Assembly: GCA_030606485.1 (NCBI GenBank)
Contig: JAUWGH010000007.1
Coordinates: 150,001 to 182,000, forward strand
Length of the DNA: 32,000 nucleotides
Reading direction: 5' to 3'
From: Promethearchaeota archaeon
GTDB lineage: Archaea > Asgardarchaeota > Lokiarchaeia > Sigyniarchaeales > SOKP01
Part shown: positions 8,767 to 16,127 of the stretch, piece after piece
How the letters are laid out: every line of letters starts with the position of its first letter
Position numbering within the stretch: the first letter of the stretch is position 1
The notes under the pieces: model-generated
Seen by the model: only the letters and a program-made list of their open reading frames with translations
Databases searched by the model: none
Told to the model about the DNA's origin: nothing
Translations under genes and position numbers: made by a program

Positions 8767-10476
8767 TTATTGTGCTTCTTTCCGAAGCACCCTCTTTAAT
8801 ACTTTACCGACGGTAGTTAGCGGAAGTTCGTCTCGAAATTCCCATATTTTCGGATTTTCGTATTTCGAGAAATTTTTATTTGCATATTCCTTTATATCTT
8901 CTTTTATTGAATCGGTTAATTGAATCCCTTCTTTAAGTTTAATAACAGCCTTCACTATTTCACTACCTGGTCGGTTTGGATCTTTAATACCAATAATAGC
9001 AGTAAGTTCAATATTTGGATGTTTAACTAGAATATCTTCAAGGCGAACGCTATAGACTTTATAACCACTTACTATTAACATATCTTTTGTGCGGTCTACA
9101 ATAGTAAGATATCCTTCTTCATCCATTACCCCAACATCACCTGTGTGAAACCAACCATCGATAATTGTTTGCGCATTTGCTTCGGGTTTTTCATAATACC
9201 CCCTAGTTACTTGAGGACCTCTGCAGATTATTTCCCCAGGTTCCCCGATCCCAACTTGTTCACCTGTTTCTATATCCACAAGCCGGATATCAGTATCAGA
9301 CACTGGCAATCCAACAGTGCCAATTTTTTTCTTCCCAAGATAAGGATTCATTGTAAGAATGGGTGAAGTTTCTGTCATGCCATATACTTCTAAAACTTTA
9401 TTTCTAGCTGCCATATTTTTTTCATAGTCGATGATGGCTTCTGCCGGAAATGGAGCTGCTCCTGATACATAAATCTTAACATTGTCTAATACTGATTTGG
9501 GGACCGTTTTTAGTTTTGGATTATTCATTATCATCAGATATAATGTTGGCACATTGCAAATAATTGTAGGTTTTTTATCAATCATTTCTTCGATTAAATG
9601 ATTAGTGTCTCTTGGATTTGCAATTAATACTTGGGGATCTGAGACCCATACGGAAACCATACAAAATGCTAATCCCGCTAAATGAAAATAAGGGAATGCA
9701 GATAAAAATATATCCTTACCAACTTCTACCGTTACCCAATTTATTATTTGAGTTATATTCGAAATTATATTAGCATGTGTAAGTTCTGTACCCTTTGGAT
9801 ATCCAGTTGTCCCTCCGGTGTATTGTAAAAGTGCTAAATCATTATTTACGTCAATCGAGACTTCCTTCACATCAATAATTGTATTCATTACATCTTGAAA
9901 TAGGATAACTTTCTTTCCTGGAAAAGGTTTCACTTTGCCTTTTGGAATCTTTTTTAATAATTTACCAAGGAATACCACAAATTTTGAAAGACCCATATAT
10001 TCTGAAATATTCATAGGTATTATAATCTCGAGGTTTGGTACTTTATTTAGGATTTTTTCTAGCACTTTTTCATAAATTGCATCTAAAGTTACAATAACCT
10101 TTGCCTTACTGTCATTTAATTGATATGCGATTTCTTCCTCACTTAAAAGGAACGAACAACCTGAAGCAACTCCACCAGCTAATAACGTTCCAAAGTGTGC
10201 AATTAGATATTGAGGACAATTTGGTAAATTAATAGCAACAACATCACCTTTCTCCAATCCATTTTGTTGCAAAAACGTAGCAAATTTATGAACACACTCT
10301 CGAAGTTCTTTAAAAGTAATTTCTCTCTTCATGAACCAACATGCAGGCTGATCTGGGAATTTTGTCATTCCCTCATCAAAAATCTTGCCAAGGTCTTCAC
10401 TTGAATATTCTAAACTTGGCTTTACATTTGGATCATAACTTTTAATCCAAATCTTCTCGTCATATACGGATGGAAT
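8767..10476 (-). CDS. Long-chain fatty acid-CoA ligase (FadD-like AMP-binding enzyme), 569 aa with proposed ATT start
   Basis: LQYTGGTTGYPKG, YGMTETSP, GWFHTGDVG, VDRTKDMLIVSG, GKVLKR. The frame stays open 36 codons upstream of the track's ATG (10368), giving IPSVYDEKIWIKSYDPNV..., up to TAA at 10479-10477. Confidence 0.9.
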   Translation of the reverse strand: MPSVYDEKIWIKSYDPNVKPSLEYSSEDLGKIFDEGMTKFPDQPACWFMKREITFKELRECVHKFATFLQQNGLEKGDVVAINLPNCPQYLIAHFGTLLAGGVASGCSFLLSEEEIAYQLNDSKAKVIVTLDAIYEKVLEKILNKVPNLEIIIPMNISEYMGLSKFVVFLGKLLKKIPKGKVKPFPGKKVILFQDVMNTIIDVKEVSIDVNNDLALLQYTGGTTGYPKGTELTHANIISNITQIINWVTVEVGKDIFLSAFPYFHLAGLAFCMVSVWVSDPQVLIANPRDTNHLIEEMIDKKPTIICNVPTLYLMIMNNPKLKTVPKSVLDNVKIYVSGAAPFPAEAIIDYEKNMAARNKVLEVYGMTETSPILTMNPYLGKKKIGTVGLPVSDTDIRLVDIETGEQVGIGEPGEIICRGPQVTRGYYEKPEANAQTIIDGWFHTGDVGVMDEEGYLTIVDRTKDMLIVSGYKVYSVRLEDILVKHPNIELTAIIGIKDPNRPGSEIVKAVIKLKEGIQLTDSIKEDIKEYANKNFSKYENPKIWEFRDELPLTTVGKVLKRVLRKEAQ

Positions 10477-10482
10477 TTAAAT

Positions 10483-10487
10483 TCACC
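10483..10487 (-). promoter_or_regulatory. Shine-Dalgarno GGTGA upstream of the acyl-CoA ligase ATT codon
   Basis: Minus strand GGTGA ATTTAA ATT CCA (6-nt spacer). Comparable geometry occurs at rrp4 (GGTGA + 7 nt + GTG), porB (GGAGGTGA + 7 nt + ATG) and rpl2 (GTGA + 6 nt + ATG). Confidence 0.7.
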
Positions 10488-11047
10488 AAAATAATTGATT
10501 TTTTGTAATAAATAAAATAGATGTTTTATGAATATTTAAAATCATTCTTTAAGTAATTAAAAATTGAAAAAATGAATTAGAATTTAAATACTTGGCAATT
10601 AATTAAATTGCATTTTTATTATTTAATAGTATTTTCAGAAGAAAAATATCTTAAATTCTAAATAATTTATCGGCTTAAGATTTGAAATTTAACTAATCAT
10701 TGTTCTGATTTTTAAAAATTTTCCCTTTTCTAAAATTAGTAATTAATTTTTTTTCCTTTCATTTATATAAATAAATACTTATTTTATGAAAAAACATTTA
10801 ATTAAAGAAGATTTATACTTCATTATTAAGAAATATAATACCCCAAAAAGTTATAAGAATTTTTTAAAAATCTCCAATACCTTCGTTCATGATTTTAAAA
10901 TTGGCTATGATATTTAATTAATTAACTTAATGGGTCAAAAATTTAATAAAAATTACTTTCTAAGAATTTAAAAATTTTTTAGAGCAAATAATTAATTAAA
11001 GAAAATTTTAGAATCTCCCAACAAATTTAAAAAGGATAAGTTGAAAA

Positions 11048-11839
11048 ATGGATGGTTTAATCCTCGCAGCAGGTTATTCTAGTCGATTTAATTCGATGAA
11101 TAAGGCATTCAAAAAATATTTTTTAAAGTTAAATAATTCAAATATTTTGAGTTATATTATTACTGGAATGATTAAAACTGGAATTAAAAAAATCAATATT
11201 GTAACAAATAAAATCTCAAATAAATCAAATTACAAACATTTTATATTAAAATCAATAAAAAAATCTGGAATAGAGTTAAAAAATTTTAAATTAAATTTAA
11301 TTGAGAATAAATTTTCAGAAAGGGAAAACGGTTATAGCCTTCTATTAGGTCTAGATAATATATCCTCTGAATACGTTCTATTATCAATGGCGGATCATAT
11401 ATTTTCGAAAAATATTTTTTCTCGTTTAATAAATCACTATAAAGGATATGATGTTCTTTTAGCTACAGATCCTATGGTAAGAGAGGGATATTATGATTTA
11501 GATGATGCTACTAAGGTATATGGAATTAATTCTCTTATTGTTGATATTGGAAAAGAGGTAATCAATTATAATCGACTTGATATGGGAGTATTTACATTAA
11601 AGACAAAAATTATTCGGAACATCTCCCAAACTATAGAATCAAATTTTCAAAAATTTGGTGTTACGGATGTGATTCTTTCAGCAATTGAATCAGATTCAAA
11701 TGTAGGCTATTTTGATTTTCCCCGTATGATTTGGTTGGATGTAGATAATTATGCGAATTATTCACGATTAAAAAGACTATTTAATAATTCTTCTAGTTTA
11801 TATCCGTTTGGTTTAGATCATACAGATTTTATTTCCTAA
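11048..11839 (+). CDS. NTP-transferase (GT-A fold) cytidylyltransferase, similar to inositol-1-phosphate cytidylyltransferase (IPCT)/LicC
   Basis: N-terminal LILAAGYSSRF...K, ENGYSL, LSMADHIF, DDATKV, DMGVF, WLDVD; adjacent to a CDP-alcohol phosphotransferase. Confidence 0.8.
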   Translation: MDGLILAAGYSSRFNSMNKAFKKYFLKLNNSNILSYIITGMIKTGIKKINIVTNKISNKSNYKHFILKSIKKSGIELKNFKLNLIENKFSERENGYSLLLGLDNISSEYVLLSMADHIFSKNIFSRLINHYKGYDVLLATDPMVREGYYDLDDATKVYGINSLIVDIGKEVINYNRLDMGVFTLKTKIIRNISQTIESNFQKFGVTDVILSAIESDSNVGYFDFPRMIWLDVDNYANYSRLKRLFNNSSSLYPFGLDHTDFIS

Positions 11840-11858
11840 TTAAGAAAGAAAAAGAGAT

Positions 11859-13208
11859 ATGAGGAAAAATAAAATACAACAAGATTTAATTCAAATTAAA
11901 TCAACTGCCCGAAATTATGGTAATTTAATAGGATTAATTTTTCTACCTAATAATCCATTTTATTTTGAGGATCAGCCGTTTTATCTAAAAAAATTATGTG
12001 GCATGACAATTTTGGATAGAAATCTTAGTGTACTTAAAAAAAATGGAATAAAATCTATTTTTATTCTTTCTAATGATTTAAAAAATTTGAATGATACATT
12101 TGAATTTAATAAATTGAAATTTAAAGATGTAATAATAACTAAATCGGTTCGTGAGCTTAAAGAATACGCAAATAAAGAAAAATTAATTAATTTGGACTTA
12201 AAATATGCAATTATTTTAGATGGTGGAGTTTTAATAGATAATAGAATAGTTTCTTCTTTATTATCTCATGAAGAGATTATTTATACTAAAGGAGATAACA
12301 TTCATTCAAATTTTAATAACGAGAATCAATGGAAAATTTTAACTGGTAAAATAAAACTTGAACATTTTGATAATATTTTTCAAGATAATATAAATTCTTT
12401 TGAGAATTTTTTCAATTCCCTATCATTAAATAAAGCGATATATCATTCTTCGGATGAAATTGCTACATATCAGCCAGATATGAGAAGAAATCTTCCTCTT
12501 TATATCAATTTATTTCGAAATAAAGAAGATTTTAAGTCCGCTAAAAAGCTACTTGTTAAAAGAACTCAAAAAGGCACATTAGATTTAGTTGCCTGGTACT
12601 TCAATAGATATTTCGAAAATCTTTTTGTTTATTTATTTGCTGAATCCAAGATTACCGCTAATCATATAACATATTTCGTAAATTTTTTAGGATATATAAC
12701 TGTTTTTTTGTTCTTAACACAAAACTGGTGGATTGGACTTATTTTGATGATATTTATAAATATTTTTGATGGTGTAGATGGAAAACTTGCTCGTATAAAA
12801 AATAAAGAGAGTCTTGTTGGACATATTGAACATTCTTTTGATCAATTATACGAACAAGCAATTTACGTAGGAATAGGTCTTGGCTCTTACTTTATTATAA
12901 ACCAATTTTATGTTATTATTATATTAATAGTTATGTTACTTGCAGATTCATTTAATCGTCATTGTTCAATGCAATATAAAGAAGTAATGAAGATAACTTT
13001 GGCGGATAGTAGTAGATTTGATCAATTATTTCGAAGATTTGATGGAAGGAGAAATATTTATACTCTACATATCTTAATTTTTGGAATTCTGGGTCATTTT
13101 GAATATATAATATTTTCATTTTGTATCCATGCAATTATCACAAGTATAATTTATTCAATTCAAGCAATTAAACATATGAAAAAGAGAGATAGTCTAAAGG
13201 AATTTTAA
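11859..13208 (+). CDS. CDP-alcohol phosphotransferase (DIPPS/AF2299-like) with a degenerate N-terminal nucleotidyltransferase-like domain
   Basis: ITANHIT, FDGVDGKLAR...G..E...D motif, C-terminal TM helices. The N-terminal PFYLKKLCGMTILDRNLSVLKKNGIKSIFIL resembles an NTP-transferase but lacks the LAAGxGxR loop. Confidence 0.8.
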   Translation: MRKNKIQQDLIQIKSTARNYGNLIGLIFLPNNPFYFEDQPFYLKKLCGMTILDRNLSVLKKNGIKSIFILSNDLKNLNDTFEFNKLKFKDVIITKSVRELKEYANKEKLINLDLKYAIILDGGVLIDNRIVSSLLSHEEIIYTKGDNIHSNFNNENQWKILTGKIKLEHFDNIFQDNINSFENFFNSLSLNKAIYHSSDEIATYQPDMRRNLPLYINLFRNKEDFKSAKKLLVKRTQKGTLDLVAWYFNRYFENLFVYLFAESKITANHITYFVNFLGYITVFLFLTQNWWIGLILMIFINIFDGVDGKLARIKNKESLVGHIEHSFDQLYEQAIYVGIGLGSYFIINQFYVIIILIVMLLADSFNRHCSMQYKEVMKITLADSSRFDQLFRRFDGRRNIYTLHILIFGILGHFEYIIFSFCIHAIITSIIYSIQAIKHMKKRDSLKEF

Positions 13209-13251
13209 ATTAACTATTAATTTCTATTTTTTACAAAAAATAAAGAAAAAA

Positions 13252-14745
13252 TTAGATTTTATAAATTGGATAAAATTTTTTCTCTAAATATTCTATGAAA
13301 TATTTGAAGTTTAAATCTTCTCCAGTTACTTTTTTTAATAAATCACGTGGCTCATAAATCTTTCCATATTGATGAATATTTTCTCGTAAATAAGAAAGCA
13401 ATGTTGAAAATTCTCCTTTTTCAAATTCCTCAAGAAGATTTGGAAGTTTTTCTAACACTTTTGAATAGATTTGGGCACCATAAAGATTTCCCAAAACATA
13501 CGTGGGAAAGTAACCAAAACCCCCTCCTGACCAATGAACATCCTGCAAAACCCCTTTCGCATCATCAGGTGGAATAATGCCCAAAAGTGTCTCCATTTTT
13601 TCATTCCATAATTGTGGCAATTCTGAAACCATAATACTTTCTCCTATTAGATCTTTTTCTATTTCATAACGAAGAATTATATGTAAGGAATAGGTTACCT
13701 CATCAGCCTCAACTCGAATTAATGAGGGTTGAACTGAATTAATCGAGCGGTAAAATTCCTCTTCGGGAAATTTCTTAAGGTTTTCCGGAAAATATTTTTG
13801 TAAAATTGGATACCAATACCTCCAAAATTCACGGCTGCGTCCCACCATATTCTCCCATAATCTTGATTGAGATTCATGAATCCCAAGTGAAGTTCCATCA
13901 GCAAGTATAGTATCATGAATTTCATTATCAAAACCCATCTCATATAATGCGTGTCCACATTCATGAATAGTTCCAAAAAGACATGCTGGTAGGAAGTTTT
14001 CCCAAATACGAGTGGTAATTCTTGTATCTGTCGATGATAAAGAAGTCGTAAAAGGATGGGTTGATTTATCCTGGCGACCGAACTCAAAACTATAATTTAA
14101 CTTTTTAAGTACTTCAACGCTAAAATCCCATTGTTTTTCTGGATCATAAAATTTTTTAAGAATTTCTTGGTTAGGTTTATTACTTGAAGAATCAAGCTTT
14201 TTAATTATTCTTATCAAATGTGGCTTTAAATCCTTAAAAATTTTTAAAACCCAATCAGATTTAGCACCCGGTTCAAATTGATCAAGCATTGTATCATAAC
14301 GCGTTGGTCCGATGTCAATTTTGTCAGCCTCTTGCTGTTTTAATGAAACCAATTTTTCTAATACTGGTTTAAACATTTTAAAATCACTTTTAGCTCTTGC
14401 TTTTTCCCAAGTCTTATACCCTAGAGTAGTTGTTTTAGCGATTTCCTTGACCAATTCAAGAGGAACTCTTACTGCTCTATCATAATCTCTTTTTGCTTCT
14501 CTGAGTATGGCAGCATCAATTAAATTTGGGTTAGATACTCCCTCAGCCTTCTTTATTATTTCTGCTGTCTTATCAGAAACCAACTTCTGGTGAATAATTC
14601 CCTCAAGCAGGGCACTTTGTTCACCTCGACCTTGACTTGCACCTGAAGGCATATATACTTGCATATCCCATTCTAATAAGCAAACAATATATTTTAAACG
14701 TAAAATTTCAGTAAAATGTTTACGCAATTCTTTTAACGGATCCAT
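13252..14745 (-). CDS. Carboxypeptidase, M32 family (Taq/Pfu type)
   Basis: LLEWDMQVYMP, GRQDKSTHPFT, DTRITTR, HECGH (HEXXH), GIHESQSRLWEN, IRVEADE, GVLQDVHWSGGGFGYFPTY. Confidence 0.95.
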   Translation of the reverse strand: MDPLKELRKHFTEILRLKYIVCLLEWDMQVYMPSGASQGRGEQSALLEGIIHQKLVSDKTAEIIKKAEGVSNPNLIDAAILREAKRDYDRAVRVPLELVKEIAKTTTLGYKTWEKARAKSDFKMFKPVLEKLVSLKQQEADKIDIGPTRYDTMLDQFEPGAKSDWVLKIFKDLKPHLIRIIKKLDSSSNKPNQEILKKFYDPEKQWDFSVEVLKKLNYSFEFGRQDKSTHPFTTSLSSTDTRITTRIWENFLPACLFGTIHECGHALYEMGFDNEIHDTILADGTSLGIHESQSRLWENMVGRSREFWRYWYPILQKYFPENLKKFPEEEFYRSINSVQPSLIRVEADEVTYSLHIILRYEIEKDLIGESIMVSELPQLWNEKMETLLGIIPPDDAKGVLQDVHWSGGGFGYFPTYVLGNLYGAQIYSKVLEKLPNLLEEFEKGEFSTLLSYLRENIHQYGKIYEPRDLLKKVTGEDLNFKYFIEYLEKKFYPIYKI

Positions 14746-14797
14746 ATTATTAACCTTTAAGCAAATTTTAGATGATAGTTTTATTAATTATTAATTT

Positions 14798-14901
14798 AGG
14801 GCTATGGGGGAATTTCTAAAAAGAGCGAGATGCCCTTTTTGTTCGAACCCCCGACCGACGGATTAAGAGTCCGCTGCGCTACCTGACTGCGCTAATAGCC
14901 C
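14798..14901 (-). tRNA. tRNA-Lys(CUU) with a 30-nt intron at position 59/60 (T-loop; intron 14812-14841)
   Basis: GGGCUAU UA GCGC AGUCAGGUA GCGC A GCGGA CUCUUAA UCCGU CGGUC GGGGG UUCGAA [CAAAAAGGGCAUCUCGCUCUUUUUAGAAAU] U CCCCC AUAGCCC U. All four stems pair once the insert is removed; CCA is not encoded. Confidence 0.92.
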
Positions 14902-14918
14902 ATTTATTTCCAATTGAA

Positions 14919-15000
14919 CGCAGATGGAGGGATTTGAACCCCCGAGCGCTTGCGCGCACTGGCTCTCAAGGCCAGCGTCTTACCACTAGGCTACATCTGC
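14919..15000 (-). tRNA. tRNA-Ser(UGA), intronless
   Basis: GCAGAUG UA GCCU AGUGGUA AGAC G CUGGC CUUGAGA GCCAG, long variable arm, GGGGG UUCAAAU CCCUC CAUCUGC G73. One C11-A24 mismatch in the D-stem. Tandem with tRNA-Lys (17-nt spacer). Confidence 0.93.
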
Positions 15001-15244
15001 ATTTACTTAAAATTAATAATAACTTAAATTTATTTTTGTTTTTTTAACTCTTTGATAAAGATATAAGCAGAAAATAATCATAAAATACCTTTTACATAGA
15101 AATAATATTTTTAGAAAAACGATATTGACTAGAGCGGATTTAACCATTTAAGATATAAATTGCTTAAACTTTCCAAATTCCAAAATTTTCTCAAAAATTA
15201 TTTATTCTATCTTTCATTGTTTAATGTGAAAATGGAGGATTACA

Positions 15245-15721
15245 ATGGCAGATAATTTTAGATATTTAATTCCCGAAAAGATTTATGATGATATCATACA
15301 AAAAGTCTCTGATGCATTGCCATACATGTTACGTGGTTGGGTTTTTGCTGATAGACGAGGAAATTTCGGGATTATTAATAGAATTCACGTTGAAAATGAG
15401 AAAATGAGGTCGAAAGCACATAAACGGCCGAGAAGCTGGATGAGGTACAAAAAAGCGAAGATCTATAACATGCGTAAGTTTAAACAAGAAGAAGGAATCG
15501 ACATAGCTTGGGAGTGGCATTCACATCCTTCAGGAAATGAGAAACTTCATCAGATCGATAAACAAATTCTCAACTATCTTTCTATGGGTGTCATGATTAT
15601 AGTTTGCCCAAAACTCGAATTAAATGATAATAAAGGTTCATTATTAGGTTGGTATTACGATAAAAGGACAACAAAAAAACCCATCATTGAAAAAATGGTA
15701 TTCGAAATAATTTCTGAATAA
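15245..15721 (+). CDS. JAB/MPN (Mov34)-domain protein with an atypical JAMM motif
   Basis: WEWHSHPSGNEKLHQID is H-x-H-x7-(H for S)-x2-D, followed by MIIV; SD GGAGG at 15234-15238. Confidence 0.75.
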   Translation: MADNFRYLIPEKIYDDIIQKVSDALPYMLRGWVFADRRGNFGIINRIHVENEKMRSKAHKRPRSWMRYKKAKIYNMRKFKQEEGIDIAWEWHSHPSGNEKLHQIDKQILNYLSMGVMIIVCPKLELNDNKGSLLGWYYDKRTTKKPIIEKMVFEIISE

Positions 15722-15824
15722 ACGCTAGATTATTTCATTTATTTTCTTTTAAATTTTAGACTTTATTATTTTTTGATGATTCAATAGAATTCAGAAATAA
15801 TAATTGAATTTCCCTTGATTTAAA

Positions 15825-15906
15825 CGCAGAGAGGGGGATTTGAACCCCCGTAGGTTTCCCCACTGGATTAGCAGTCCAGCGCCGTACCAGGCTAGGCTAT
15901 CTCTGC
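15825..15906 (-). tRNA. tRNA-Ser(GCU), intronless
   Basis: GCAGAGA UA GCCU AGCCUGGUA CGGC G CUGGA CUGCUAA UCCAG, variable arm UGGGGAAACCUAC, GGGGG UUCAAAU CCCCC UCUCUGC G73. Confidence 0.95.
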
Positions 15907-15957
15907 TTTTTAACATTAGTTCAAAATAAAGTTAATTTATTTTAATTGTATTTTATT

Positions 15958-15985
15958 AAATAATAATAAAGATTTATTATTATTT
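15958..15985. repeat. Perfect 13-bp inverted repeat between divergent tRNA genes
   Basis: AAATAATAATAAA-GA-TTTATTATTATTT. Confidence 0.7.
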
Positions 15986-16015
15986 TTCCTATATAATCTT
16001 ATATTCAGTTCAAAA

Positions 16016-16115
16016 GAGCTTGTGGTCTAGTGGTTACGTGTTATAATTTTATACGCTACAAATGACGCCGCGCTTACACCGCGGAGGTTCGGGAGTTCGA
16101 TCCTCCCCAAGCTCA
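16016..16115 (+). tRNA. tRNA-Val(UAC) with a 26-nt intron at position 20a/21 (D-loop; intron 16036-16061)
   Basis: GAGCUUG UG GUCU AGUGGUU [ACGUGUUAUAAUUUUAUACGCUACAA] AUGAC G CCGCG CUUACAC CGCGG AGGUUC GGGAG UUCGAUC CUCCC CAAGCUC A73. BHB central helix GUGG/CUAC. Confidence 0.92.
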
Positions 16116-16127
16116 CTATTTCACCTA

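Noticed and set aside
10424-10463. Out-of-frame ATG (10463) as the true start of a frameshifted acyl-CoA ligase
   Set aside because: It closes after 13 codons, is 19 nt from the SD, and the conserved KIWIKSY segment is already in the main frame without a shift.
9145-14087. Track ORFs 9145-9366(+), 12952-13134(-), 13347-13577(+) and 13719-14087(-)
   Set aside because: They lie wholly inside well-supported genes (antisense or alternative frame) and have no recognisable protein features.
14975-14995. tRNA-Ser(UGA) as a pseudogene because of the C11-A24 D-stem mismatch
   Set aside because: All other stems, the T-loop, the variable arm and G73 are intact; one mismatch is insufficient evidence.
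15722-15824. TGATGA as a possible C/D-box sRNA box C near the tRNA cluster
   Set aside because: There is no downstream CTGA box D or guide-like spacing on the same strand.
14919-15906. JAB gene as an integrated element bounded by tRNA-Ser att repeats
   Set aside because: The two flanking sequences are complete, distinct tRNA-Ser genes (UGA and GCU) with different 3' ends; there is no partial duplication and no integrase.
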